Shown one piece after another: positions 1 to 9,310 of a stretch of DNA of 64,000 nt. The stretch is from Armatimonadota bacterium (GTDB taxonomy: Bacteria; Armatimonadota; HRBIN16): assembly GCA_963677485.1 (NCBI GenBank), contig OY781964.1, positions 1,664,001-1,728,000 on the forward strand. Reading direction: 5' to 3'. Below the pieces are notes generated by a model. The model was given only the letters and a program-made list of their open reading frames with translations. It made no database searches and had not been told where the DNA came from. A program made the position numbers and the translations under genes. Numbering within the stretch: the first letter of the stretch is position 1; every line of letters starts with the position of its first letter.

Positions 1-1089
1 GCTGTCGAACACCGGTTGTGTGAGGGGGCCGGGTTTCCAGGCGAGAGCGACATACTTGTTCTGGGCCTGCATCACCATCATGGGCACCGTCACGCGGATC
101 GGGTCTGGTGTCAGCCGCTTGTAACCCGAGCTCTCGATGTCCCGCTTGCTGCTGCTGGTGTCCTTCGGGTCGAGATACTCCAAGCCGGGGAAGAGCGCCC
201 GCTCACGCTTGGGGCTGAACAACACAAGTGCCGGCAGCAGACGCACCTTGCGGTCGCGGTCCACGCAGATGGTGGTGGTGAGCTTCAACAGCTCCTTACG
301 GCCAGGGACTACGACGATGTTTTGCACATACTTCCAGGTGGCGCCTTCCGAGTCGGTGGTTATGCTTGTTGTACGCAGGCTTGTGGTTGAGCTGTTGAGC
401 TGCACTTTGTCATTGAGAGACAGCAACCGATTCTGGCCCTTCTTGTCTACCCAACTGATCGCCTGCCTGTTCCAACCCTGCGCAACGGTGCTGCCGTTGA
501 GGCTGACTCGGTAGTTTCCTATCCCAAGTTGACCCATCTCCAGCTTCATGGTCCCGCTGGACAGGCTGCGGGTCCTCTTCCAGTTACGCCAGTCGGATGG
601 CTTCAGAGCGGGCTTGGGCAGTGGGGCCATGGGCGTCAGCCTCAGCCACTCGATCACGCACGGTTTGGTGCCTGGCGGATCGATGCGAAAGCCGGTCGTT
701 GACGGCAGCGAGCGCACCCAGTTGCTGGCCTCCACCGTTTTCGCGGCGGGCACCACCACATGGGTGAACGTGCTCATGCTGGCCGCTTTGGTTGGGGTGA
801 ACCAGAAGAGCCACACGGTCCCGCCCACGCTGCTTTTCAAGCGAATAGTGATTCGCACCGGCCAGCCCGCTGGGTACTTGCGCATCGGGCCCATGATGTA
901 GGGATCTCCACCATTTGGCACCAGCAGCAGACCTTGAGGTGTGCAGGTCATTTTGCCGATGTCGTGGCTTAGCTTCCATTGCGCCGCGACCTCCGGCTTG
1001 CGGAAATCGAAAAACAGGCTGTTATCTGGTGCCGCGCAGGCCGCAAGCTGTGCGGTGAGCAGAACGGCGATGGCTAGGATGGCGCGCAT
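1..1089 (-). CDS. Secreted hypothetical protein, probably carbohydrate-active; runs off the left window edge
   Basis: Not in the ORF track. Translated by hand from ATG at 1089 (GGGAG RBS): MRAILAIAVLLTAQLAACAAPDNSLFFDF..., signal peptide, open to position 1. N-terminal module has GGDPYI...WLFW...FRIDP. Confidence 0.7.
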   Translation of the reverse strand, partial: MRAILAIAVLLTAQLAACAAPDNSLFFDFRKPEVAAQWKLSHDIGKMTCTPQGLLLVPNGGDPYIMGPMRKYPAGWPVRITIRLKSSVGGTVWLFWFTPTKAASMSTFTHVVVPAAKTVEASNWVRSLPSTTGFRIDPPGTKPCVIEWLRLTPMAPLPKPALKPSDWRNWKRTRSLSSGTMKLEMGQLGIGNYRVSLNGSTVAQGWNRQAISWVDKKGQNRLLSLNDKVQLNSSTTSLRTTSITTDSEGATWKYVQNIVVVPGRKELLKLTTTICVDRDRKVRLLPALVLFSPKRERALFPGLEYLDPKDTSSSKRDIESSGYKRLTPDPIRVTVPMMVMQAQNKYVALAWKPGPLTQPVFDS

Positions 1090-1291
1090 GTGTGGTCTCC
1101 CTGGTTTGGTGGTGTGAGCGGGTTAGCATTCACCGCTGGTGGTTGGGATTCCTTGATGGCGAAATCAGACGGATCGGTCGGAACATTTGAAGGGCTGTTC
1201 GCGAACAGCCCCTACTAGACGCCGACTCACAAATATGCTTAGATGATAAATAGCAGCATCACCAGACTGGCTGGTCAAAAGGGCATAACAC

Positions 1292-3442
1292 ATGGATATC
1301 AAAAGTCGTCTGAGCATACTTCTTCCGCGGGCGTTAAGGGCCAGCCGCGTCAACCAGTTGCACCGCATCGTCGCGCCGATGACAAACACTATCTGGCAGG
1401 ATATCCCTGAGGACCAGCCGCTGCAGATACGCTGCGCGCTGGCGGAGAGGGAGCAGATGCGCCGCGTGCCCCTGGGCCTTTCCGCCGGGGAGTTGTTGGC
1501 AGGTCGCGTCGATATCGACATGCCCGACCCCAAGCCGGCCGAAGGTCTGCCCTGGAAGGTGCCCTTCCCAGGCGGCCAAAACTCGCACACCGCACTGGAT
1601 ACCCCCAAGCTGCTGAGGCTGGGCATTGTGGGCATCGAACGCGAAATCCAGCAGAAGATGCAAGCCACGGATGACCCCGCCAAACTCGACTTCTACCGAT
1701 CCGCGCTGATCAGCCTGGAGGGCTTCCGCGATCTCGCTGCCCGGTTTGCGGCGATGGCGGAGCAGCTCTCGCAAAACTCCGAGGATCCCGATGTCCGCAC
1801 AGAGATGGCCCAACTGGCCGAGGTGCTGCACCAAGTGCCCAATCAACCCGCGCGCAGCTTCCACGAGGCGATACAGGTCAGCCACCTGCTGCAATTCGCC
1901 GCCGGATTTGTGGTGATGGGGCTATACGGCCCCGGCCGGATCGATCGCCACCTGAGACCCTATTACGAAGCCGATTTGGCCGCAGGACGAATCACCCGCG
2001 AGCGGGCTCTGGAGCTGATCTGCTGCCAGTTCATCCACATCAACCAGATGTTCACGCTGCCGCAGCCGGTGATCATCGGCGGGCTGGGGCCGGACGGTCA
2101 CGACACCTGCAGCGACCTGACGATGCTCTGTCTGGAAGCGGAGGAGCTTGTGCAGTTGGTCAACCCGAGCCTGGCCATCGGCGTGAACGAAGAGACTCCC
2201 CGTGAGATTTTAGACAAGGCGGCCGCGCTGCTGCTCAGCGGGCGGACGAAACCCTCCCTGTTTGGCGACCGCACGATCATTGCCGGCCTCCAGGCGCGCG
2301 GCGTTCCGTATGAAGATGCCATCGGCTACGTGCAGTCGACCTGCGTGGAGATCACGCTGTCGGGCATGAGCAACATCCTGGTCGCCAGCCCATATATTAA
2401 CTTGATGAAGCCGCTGGAGTTCCTCCTGAACGACGGCAAGCAGATGGTGGGCGAGGAAGACAGGAACGACATCAACGGCTACAGCAGCATCGCGCCCCCT
2501 CCACTGGCGGTTTATGACCGGATTGAGGAGTTTCTGGACGGTTATTTTGAGCAGCTAGGCGGGAAGATATCCGATGCCGCGGAGCTCATGTGGAACACCC
2601 GCCGCAGCCGCGTGAAGGGCTGGGCCTATCCGCTGGTCAGTTGCTTCACCGATGACTGCATCGCCCGTGGGATCGACATGGACCACGGTGGGGCACGGTA
2701 TAACTGGACGGAAACCTCCAACGTGGGTCTGGCCAACATCGTGGATTCGCTGATGGTGATCAAGAAGAAGGTGTTCGAGAACCCGTTGTACAACCTGGCG
2801 GAAATCAAGCAGATGCTGCTCAGCGACTTCACCGATGAGACCAAACGGCTGGAGCTACTCTCCGGTGTGGTGCGATATGGGAATGATGAATCGGAGCCGG
2901 ATGAACTCGCTTCGCAGATCATCGAGCGCATCTATTCCGAGCACGCCCGACACAAAGACTATCTGGGCGGGGAGTTCGTGCCTGGTTTCTTTTGCTGGAT
3001 CATGCACCGCATACTGGGGGGGCAGACCGCGGCCTCACCCGACGGCCGCCGCGCTGGCGATGTGCTGGCGGATGGCTCCGGTGCGGGGCAAGGTCGCGAC
3101 CGCAACGGCCCCACAGCCGCCATCCGCTCGGTCACGAGCTGGGACCATCAGCCCGGACTTGGCGGGGTGGTGTTGAACCTGCGTTTCGCACCGCACAGCT
3201 TCCGCGATGCCGTCAGCCGCACGAAGCTGGTGGATATGATCCGCACCTATTTCGATCTGGGTGGGTTTGAGATGCAGGTCAATGCGGTGGATTCGCAGCT
3301 TCTGCGCGAGGCCCAGCAGACCCCCGAGCGCTTCGCCGATCTGCTGGTGCGGGTCGCCGGATACAGCGACTACTTCACGCTGCTGGACCACAAGATGCAG
3401 GAAGAGGTCATCAGCCGAACGCAGCACCAACTAGGAAGTTAG
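1292..3442 (+). CDS. Glycyl radical enzyme (pyruvate formate-lyase superfamily, non-PflB type)
   Basis: C-terminal glycyl motif LLVRVAGYS, single-Cys loop STCVE, GRIDRHL, and ASPDGRRAG motifs. Confidence 0.9.
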   Translation: MDIKSRLSILLPRALRASRVNQLHRIVAPMTNTIWQDIPEDQPLQIRCALAEREQMRRVPLGLSAGELLAGRVDIDMPDPKPAEGLPWKVPFPGGQNSHTALDTPKLLRLGIVGIEREIQQKMQATDDPAKLDFYRSALISLEGFRDLAARFAAMAEQLSQNSEDPDVRTEMAQLAEVLHQVPNQPARSFHEAIQVSHLLQFAAGFVVMGLYGPGRIDRHLRPYYEADLAAGRITRERALELICCQFIHINQMFTLPQPVIIGGLGPDGHDTCSDLTMLCLEAEELVQLVNPSLAIGVNEETPREILDKAAALLLSGRTKPSLFGDRTIIAGLQARGVPYEDAIGYVQSTCVEITLSGMSNILVASPYINLMKPLEFLLNDGKQMVGEEDRNDINGYSSIAPPPLAVYDRIEEFLDGYFEQLGGKISDAAELMWNTRRSRVKGWAYPLVSCFTDDCIARGIDMDHGGARYNWTETSNVGLANIVDSLMVIKKKVFENPLYNLAEIKQMLLSDFTDETKRLELLSGVVRYGNDESEPDELASQIIERIYSEHARHKDYLGGEFVPGFFCWIMHRILGGQTAASPDGRRAGDVLADGSGAGQGRDRNGPTAAIRSVTSWDHQPGLGGVVLNLRFAPHSFRDAVSRTKLVDMIRTYFDLGGFEMQVNAVDSQLLREAQQTPERFADLLVRVAGYSDYFTLLDHKMQEEVISRTQHQLGS

Positions 3443-3565
3443 AAGCGAGGAGTTAGGAGATAGAATGGGAACGATATACAACCGTCTGTCCTACTCGTCA
3501 TACTCATCCTACCCGTCCTATGGGGTTATAGCTAACCACGAATAAACACGAATATACACTAATCT
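3433..3565. repeat. Intergenic short-period repeats (7-nt and 10-nt units)
   Basis: gaagttagaagcgaggagttaggagatag with mirror tcctactcgtcatactcatcctac. Also aaccacgaataaacacgaat, the reverse complement of the unit at 18292 and 56360. Confidence 0.5.
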
Positions 3566-3594
3566 GGTAAACACCCGAATATAGGAGCCACAAA

Positions 3595-4743
3595 ATGAAC
3601 ACCTCCCGGCAGATATCGCAAATACTCGCGGCAGTCACCATGGCAGCCCTGGCCTGTATCGCATGCCGGCCATCGCTGGCCTGTTCTGCGTTCGTGCTGA
3701 GCAAGGGCAATGAGTGCGTGTCGGCCTTCAATGAAAACTGGCCGGGCGAAGCTCCTGGGTATGTTCTGCTGAACCAGCCGGGACGACAGAAGCGCGGCGT
3801 CACCGAATCTGAGCTCTGGGTGACGAAAAAGCTGCTGCCCGATTCGGATATCAAATGGACCTCGCGGTATGGTTCGATCACTTTCAACTGCTTCGGCAAG
3901 GACCTGCCGGTGTTTGGTGTGAATGAAAAGGGGCTGATGGTCGCCGAGTTGGCCTGGGGACAGCAGAAGCCAGGGAAACTGCAGCCGGGCGAGAAACCGA
4001 TCGTATGGCTCGCCTGGGAGCAGTATATCCTCGATCAGTTCGCCACCGTGGATGAAGCGTTCGACGACATCGTGAAACACAAACTTGGTGTGGAAACCAA
4101 CGGACATGAGTTTTTCGTCTCCGATGCCAAGGGCCGTTCGGGAGTCGTGATGTGCGATACCCAGGGCAACTTCCGCGTCTTCCGCGGCAAATCCATGAAA
4201 TATCCGCTCGTATGCAACAGCTTTCCCGAAACCGACCCCAATGAGCTCAAAGCGTACAAGGCCTTTGGCGGAAAACAAGAGATGAACAGCTTCAGAGCAT
4301 TTGGAGTGTCGGACTTTGGCCGGCGTTACGCCAACGGCGTGCACCTGCTGCAGGCCTACAACCCCAAGGCGCAGTGCGCGCCGGCCTACGCCTGGATGAT
4401 GCTTGAGGTGCTCAACCCGGGCGACTGGCAGCTTGTCTACGATGCGAAAGCACGGCGTGCCGCCTTCCGAACGGCGCGGAATCAACAGGTGAAATGGGTG
4501 GATTTCGATGAGGTCACCTTCGGCGCGGACAAACCGACGATGGTGCTGGATGTCCAAACCGGGCCTGAAGGCAACGCGCTCAGCCGTTTTGTGCCACTCA
4601 CACCGGATGCCCACCTGGCGATGCTGAAGCCTGCCTACGCGTGGGGCATGCAGGGGTCATCGCCCGATCCCGCAGGATTCGCCGCGGCCGGGGGTGCGGA
4701 GATGATCGACGTGGCGCACCAGTATGGCATGTTGACACCGTAG
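3595..4743 (+). CDS. Secreted Ntn-hydrolase, choloylglycine hydrolase/penicillin V acylase family
   Basis: Signal peptide followed by nucleophile CSAF; W.SRYGSITFN; GVNEKGL; QYILDQFATV. Confidence 0.85.
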   Translation: MNTSRQISQILAAVTMAALACIACRPSLACSAFVLSKGNECVSAFNENWPGEAPGYVLLNQPGRQKRGVTESELWVTKKLLPDSDIKWTSRYGSITFNCFGKDLPVFGVNEKGLMVAELAWGQQKPGKLQPGEKPIVWLAWEQYILDQFATVDEAFDDIVKHKLGVETNGHEFFVSDAKGRSGVVMCDTQGNFRVFRGKSMKYPLVCNSFPETDPNELKAYKAFGGKQEMNSFRAFGVSDFGRRYANGVHLLQAYNPKAQCAPAYAWMMLEVLNPGDWQLVYDAKARRAAFRTARNQQVKWVDFDEVTFGADKPTMVLDVQTGPEGNALSRFVPLTPDAHLAMLKPAYAWGMQGSSPDPAGFAAAGGAEMIDVAHQYGMLTP

Positions 4744-5610
4744 ATGAAGCAATACTCAGTGTTGAATGATCAGACAACGGCAATGGTGCAGCAACTCATC
4801 CCGCTGTTGCGGCAGTTCGCGACGTCCGAATACGGGATCGCCATCGGCGGGGCCCATGCGAAAGGCTTGGCAGATGCCGAAAGCGACCTGGACATCTACC
4901 TGTTTGCCAGCAGCATTCTGAGCAATGACGAACGCACGCGACTCACCGGCGGTTTCTCTCCAGACATCACGGACATCGTGACCTGGGGGGTGGAGACACC
5001 GTTCGAGCAAGGCGGGTCAGATTTCTACTATAAAGGCACTAAAGTGGAGTGCTGGCTCCGGTGCAGTGAGATGATCGACACCACCATCGCTGAGTGCCGC
5101 GAGGGCATCATCAAGCAAGAATTGGTGCGGTGGACCACCACCGGTTTCTATAACCACTGCTGCCTGTCCGACCTGCAGCACATGATCCCGGTTGATGATC
5201 CATTCGGCCTTCTAGCACGCTGGCAGCATGGGATTGCCGAATACCCGCCTAAAATGCAGGCTGCGATCATTGAGAAGCATCTCGCAGGCGCTCGCTTCTG
5301 GCCCCACAACTTCCACTACACCAGCGCGGTCGAACGCCAGGACATCATCTACACCACCGGCATCGTGCAGCAGGTCGTACACAACCTCATCCAGGTGCTG
5401 TTCGCCCTCAACAAAAGCTACTTCCCGGGTGACAAGAAACTCGCCAAAGCGTTGGACCGCCTTGACATACTGCCCGATGGCTTTGTGGAGCGCATCCAAG
5501 CGCTGCTCTTACCTGGCACACCAGCCTCTGTGGAGCTGCTCCGGCAGCAGCAGACCGCATTGCAGCAGCTGCAGAAGGATGTCGATGAGCTGGTCAAATG
5601 CAAAATATGA
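4744..5610 (+). CDS. Nucleotidyltransferase-domain protein (DUF4037-like C-terminus)
   Basis: GGAHAKGLADAESDLDI Pol-beta NTase motif; LFALNKSYFPGDK C-terminal motif; ATG directly follows the upstream TAG. Confidence 0.75.
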   Translation: MKQYSVLNDQTTAMVQQLIPLLRQFATSEYGIAIGGAHAKGLADAESDLDIYLFASSILSNDERTRLTGGFSPDITDIVTWGVETPFEQGGSDFYYKGTKVECWLRCSEMIDTTIAECREGIIKQELVRWTTTGFYNHCCLSDLQHMIPVDDPFGLLARWQHGIAEYPPKMQAAIIEKHLAGARFWPHNFHYTSAVERQDIIYTTGIVQQVVHNLIQVLFALNKSYFPGDKKLAKALDRLDILPDGFVERIQALLLPGTPASVELLRQQQTALQQLQKDVDELVKCKI

Positions 5611-5641
5611 CCATTCCTGCTGACGTATGGTGGCTGCACCC

Positions 5642-5698
5642 AGACTGCTTCAGCAGGCTTGGTGATCAGCAGCCGAGACATTTATGTCGCGGAATCGG
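5642..5698. repeat. REP-like palindromic repeat, copy 1
   Basis: agactgcttcagcag.cttggtg...agccgagacatttatgtcgcggaatcgg, near-identical to 12941-12997. Confidence 0.8.
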
Positions 5699-5851
5699 AT
5701 GTACACAAAACATGATTACATTCGCGGGTGGTGAGCTGGCCCGCTAACGAGGAAACGGTCGTCTAATGTACAGATGGTCATCGCTTGACGGGTTATCATC
5801 ATACCCGCTAATATGTACCCATGAAGCCGTGTCACCAACCGGAGGTGTCCC

Positions 5852-6712
5852 ATGCCCAATTGCCCGAAATGCTCACATCCGCTGCAACCCTCTGACAAAC
5901 AGTGCCCCATCTGTGGTACCCCCTGCTTGAACCCTTTGGATATGGCCATTCAGATTGAGCAACGGCGCAAACGCACCCGTGTGATCGTAGGAGTGCTGTT
6001 ACTGTTGGTTTTGGTGGTGGTTTCGGCTTTGCTGGGCCGCAATATGTTCCCGGTCACCGTGGCCGAGGCTCCAACCGCCAGCACCGGCAAACTGCTGCAG
6101 GCCCCGCCCGCGCCTCCCATGCCAGGCGGTGTTTTGCAGGCACCCGGCAAAGATGTGCCCAAACCGGATGACACCGTGCCGGCCGATGTGATGGCCTATC
6201 TGAAACAGCTTCAGGTGATTGAGACCTACCGCCAGCAGATGCAGGGCGATTTGAGCGGGGCCTTGGGCATGATGGTGAAGGCGATGAGCCTTAAAACTGA
6301 GATTGATGATGAGGAGATGGAAAAGAAGAGCACATCACTGAGTCAGGATGCTCAGGCCTACGCCAACCAGTGGGCGGTACTGGCTCAGAATTTCGAGCAG
6401 ATACAGGCTCCACCGAGTTGCTCCGAACTGCACGGTGCCTACCGCGCCATGCTCAGCCAGAGCAGCGCATACTTAATTCAAATCCACTTCTCGCTGGAAA
6501 AAGCGATGACGGATCCCACCAACGCACTGCAGGTGCTTACTCAGATTCAAGCGGGTGCCTCACGCGATGTGGACCACCTAATCCTGCAGGCCAACCTGCA
6601 GCTTCAGACCGTGCTGGACAACAACAAAGTGCGGAAGTATTTCCCCGACTTCGAGGTTCGCACCGACAACGGCACCAACATCCGCAGCGTACTCGGCTCC
6701 TACGGGTTATGA
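5852..6712 (+). CDS. Zinc-ribbon, single-TM hypothetical protein
   Basis: CPKC...CPICG N-terminus, TM helix, Pro-rich linker, helical C-terminus; GGAGG RBS. Confidence 0.75.
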   Translation: MPNCPKCSHPLQPSDKQCPICGTPCLNPLDMAIQIEQRRKRTRVIVGVLLLLVLVVVSALLGRNMFPVTVAEAPTASTGKLLQAPPAPPMPGGVLQAPGKDVPKPDDTVPADVMAYLKQLQVIETYRQQMQGDLSGALGMMVKAMSLKTEIDDEEMEKKSTSLSQDAQAYANQWAVLAQNFEQIQAPPSCSELHGAYRAMLSQSSAYLIQIHFSLEKAMTDPTNALQVLTQIQAGASRDVDHLILQANLQLQTVLDNNKVRKYFPDFEVRTDNGTNIRSVLGSYGL

Positions 6713-7770
6713 CGCCTACGCTCTCTATCGAGATCATACCGGCACTGATGGATTGGTATAACCGGTTCGGACGTCCGATGCCTTGGGGTGATGAGCCTGA
6801 CGCCTGGCATGTGATGGTGGGCGTGGTGATGCTGCAGCAGACCACCGTGACCGCCGTGCTGCCCTACCTTGAACGTTTCATGGAGAAATATCCCAACCCG
6901 ACCGCCCTCGCGGAAGCCAGTGAGGCGGATGTGCTGAAAGCCTGGTCTGGATTGGGTTACTACACGCGGGCACGGAACCTTCGTGATGCCGCGCAGACCA
7001 TTGTGGGGATGTTTGATGGCGAGGTACCGCGCGACTATGAGTATCTCTCCTGGCTGCCCGGTATCGGCGATTACAGCGCCGGGGCGATCTGCAGTATCGC
7101 GTATGGTGACCCTGTGCCCGCTCTCGATGCCAATGGCCTCAGGATCATCGCCCGGCTGCTCTGCGAGCGCAAGGATATCAGCAAGGCACCTATCCGTGAG
7201 TATCTGAGCCGATGTTGTGAGCGCATTATCATGTTGTGCAAGCCAGGGCCCTTCAACCAGGCCTTGATGGACTTCGGCGCACTGGTCTGCACTGCGAATG
7301 ATCCGCACTGCCTGGTCTGCGCACTACGCCCCTATTGCTGTGCTTATCAAAAAGACAGGGTGGACAAAATCCCTGCAAAGAAGCCGCGCCGCAAGACCAT
7401 ACCGGTGGACGATGTGTATGCGGTTCTGATGTCCGAGGGCAAATACTACATCCATCAGTATCCATCAGGCAGGCTGCTGATGGGCATGTGGCATTTCCCC
7501 AACGCCCGGCTGGAGAAGGGTGAAAGTGTGCTGGCGGCCGCGACACGGGCCATCCAGACCGAGGTGAAGGGGGCCACTGCGGTGGAAGAAATCGGGCAAT
7601 ACAAACACAACGTGATGCACTACCGCATCAGCGGCCACGTGGTGCGGTGTGAATGCCCTGCCGAGGCTTTGGCGAAGTTCACGCTGGTGCCCTGGGATGC
7701 TTTGGCCGACCACCCCATGGCCGGTGCCATGAAGAAGGCTCTGAAAGTGCTGGCGGAGCTTAGGCCGTAG
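6709..7770 (+). CDS. mutY: A/G-specific adenine glycosylase MutY homolog with substituted catalytic Glu
   Basis: MLQQT, W.GLGYY.RARNL, HhH LPGIG, LDAN, NQALMDFGA..C and 4Fe-4S Cys cluster, C-terminal NUDIX-like domain. Start set at the ATGA overlap (6709). Confidence 0.85.
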   Translation: MTPTLSIEIIPALMDWYNRFGRPMPWGDEPDAWHVMVGVVMLQQTTVTAVLPYLERFMEKYPNPTALAEASEADVLKAWSGLGYYTRARNLRDAAQTIVGMFDGEVPRDYEYLSWLPGIGDYSAGAICSIAYGDPVPALDANGLRIIARLLCERKDISKAPIREYLSRCCERIIMLCKPGPFNQALMDFGALVCTANDPHCLVCALRPYCCAYQKDRVDKIPAKKPRRKTIPVDDVYAVLMSEGKYYIHQYPSGRLLMGMWHFPNARLEKGESVLAAATRAIQTEVKGATAVEEIGQYKHNVMHYRISGHVVRCECPAEALAKFTLVPWDALADHPMAGAMKKALKVLAELRP

Positions 7771-7780
7771 CTTTTTGTGG

Positions 7781-7843
7781 TGATCGGACGGATCGGACGG
7801 ACTAGACCGATACGCTAATCCGTCCAAACCGCCCGATCCGTCC
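7781..7843. repeat. Imperfect palindromic 9-nt periodic repeat between convergent genes
   Basis: gatcggacggatcggacgga...tccgtccaaaccgcccgatccgtcc; related units near 1166 and 49993. Confidence 0.6.
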
Positions 7844-7854
7844 AACGCCAACCT

Positions 7855-9309
7855 CTATGCCGGGATGTGCTCCTTCGCCTGGTTGAGGCTGTAGGCCATG
7901 AACGCCGCACAAGCCGCCATCACCACCGCAGGCACGAACATAAGCAGCCCATCATCCATTGAGTGGACCCCCGAGGAGGCACTCATGATCTGAGCGATGG
8001 GGCTGATGTAGTAAAACATCTTCCATTTATCTTCCTGTCCCCGTGAGACCGCAAAGAACATCGGAAGAGCCCAGATGATAAACAACCACAGCACGAACAG
8101 CGCATCGCCGCCCTTGGCTTGCCGCAGCCGAAACGCCTGGCGCAGGAAACTGATGCTCAAGATGTTGCAGCACACCCCGAAAGCCATCATCAACGGAACA
8201 ACGATCTCGCTGCCTTTCAGTACTAACCGTTTGCCATACAGATACATCACCGGCGACATCACAGTAGCCACCGCGAACACGATGATGACCACACAGAAGG
8301 CCGCCAGCACACTGCCATTCAGTGCTGTGTCAGACCAGTGCGGGTTCGCCTTCTCTGGGATGTGCTTGAGCCTTTGTAGCCCCTTCAGCCAGGCCCCTTT
8401 GGTCACGGCCAGAGAGGTGCCAAGGAATGTGCCCAGCAGTAGTTGTACCACAGCCTGAGGTGTATACCAGTCGAGCAGTTGTGAATGTTGTTCGTAGTAC
8501 CAATTACCTCCACGCAGTACAGAGTAATCCAGGGCGACGATCGCACTGATGATCACAAACGTGCCTAGGGCCATCGGCTTACCGATAGCACCAGACAACG
8601 GGTTATGCATCCTTCTGCGCGCCATTAACCACAGGATCACCCCGAATACCGCATGGTGCAACAATAGGGTCGGCATGATCAGCGAATTACTGTTCTTCCA
8701 CAGCCCCATACCGGCTGACTGGTTCAAAGATATCTTCGTGGCCAGCAGTTCAAACATGGGGAAGGGTGTCAGGCATTGCACCAGCGGGCTGCCCCACATG
8801 GCTGCTCCAAGCACGAATGCGATCAGAAACACCAGACTGCCAGCTTGCCCGGTCTTGATGTTTGGATATAATCCGAGCACCAGCCCGAGTGCCTGCCACA
8901 GCAAACCGCAGGTGATCATCACAATGATGTAACCCCAAAACTCTATACGGAAGCCCGTCAGAGCGATGATAAACGGGGTGACCGTGGCGGCCAGCAGCCA
9001 TGTCAGCACAGACGGTCCAAGCCAGAAGCCCATGGTGAGCTGCGAGGCGGTCATAGGAGTGATGCGGTGAAGGTCCATCATGCCGGTCTCACGCGCACCT
9101 GCCGCCGCAGATGCGGTTTGGGAGGCACCCGCTACCACGATCAAGGCTTGAAGGCTCATCAGGCCGACCAATGCACTGTCAGGCTCATTCACCAGGATGA
9201 TCGCGAACGCAAAAAGGGCCACACCCACCACGGCGGGCACCATGATACCCGTCCGCAGTTGAGAGCGCAGGAACTTCACGAAAATGGGGTTGTCTGTCCA
9301 GGAGTTCAT
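7855..9309 (-). CDS. ABC transporter permease-like multi-pass membrane protein
   Basis: NPIFVKFLRSQLR start, ARETGMMDLHRITPM motif, about 12 TM segments, directly downstream of the ATPase. Confidence 0.75.
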   Translation of the reverse strand: MNSWTDNPIFVKFLRSQLRTGIMVPAVVGVALFAFAIILVNEPDSALVGLMSLQALIVVAGASQTASAAAGARETGMMDLHRITPMTASQLTMGFWLGPSVLTWLLAATVTPFIIALTGFRIEFWGYIIVMITCGLLWQALGLVLGLYPNIKTGQAGSLVFLIAFVLGAAMWGSPLVQCLTPFPMFELLATKISLNQSAGMGLWKNSNSLIMPTLLLHHAVFGVILWLMARRRMHNPLSGAIGKPMALGTFVIISAIVALDYSVLRGGNWYYEQHSQLLDWYTPQAVVQLLLGTFLGTSLAVTKGAWLKGLQRLKHIPEKANPHWSDTALNGSVLAAFCVVIIVFAVATVMSPVMYLYGKRLVLKGSEIVVPLMMAFGVCCNILSISFLRQAFRLRQAKGGDALFVLWLFIIWALPMFFAVSRGQEDKWKMFYYISPIAQIMSASSGVHSMDDGLLMFVPAVVMAACAAFMAYSLNQAKEHIPA

Positions 9310-9310
9310 C

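Noticed and set aside
6370-6708. N-terminal extension of MutY in the ORF track
   Set aside because: Overlaps the upstream gene; the ATGA-coupled start at 6709 fits MutY length.
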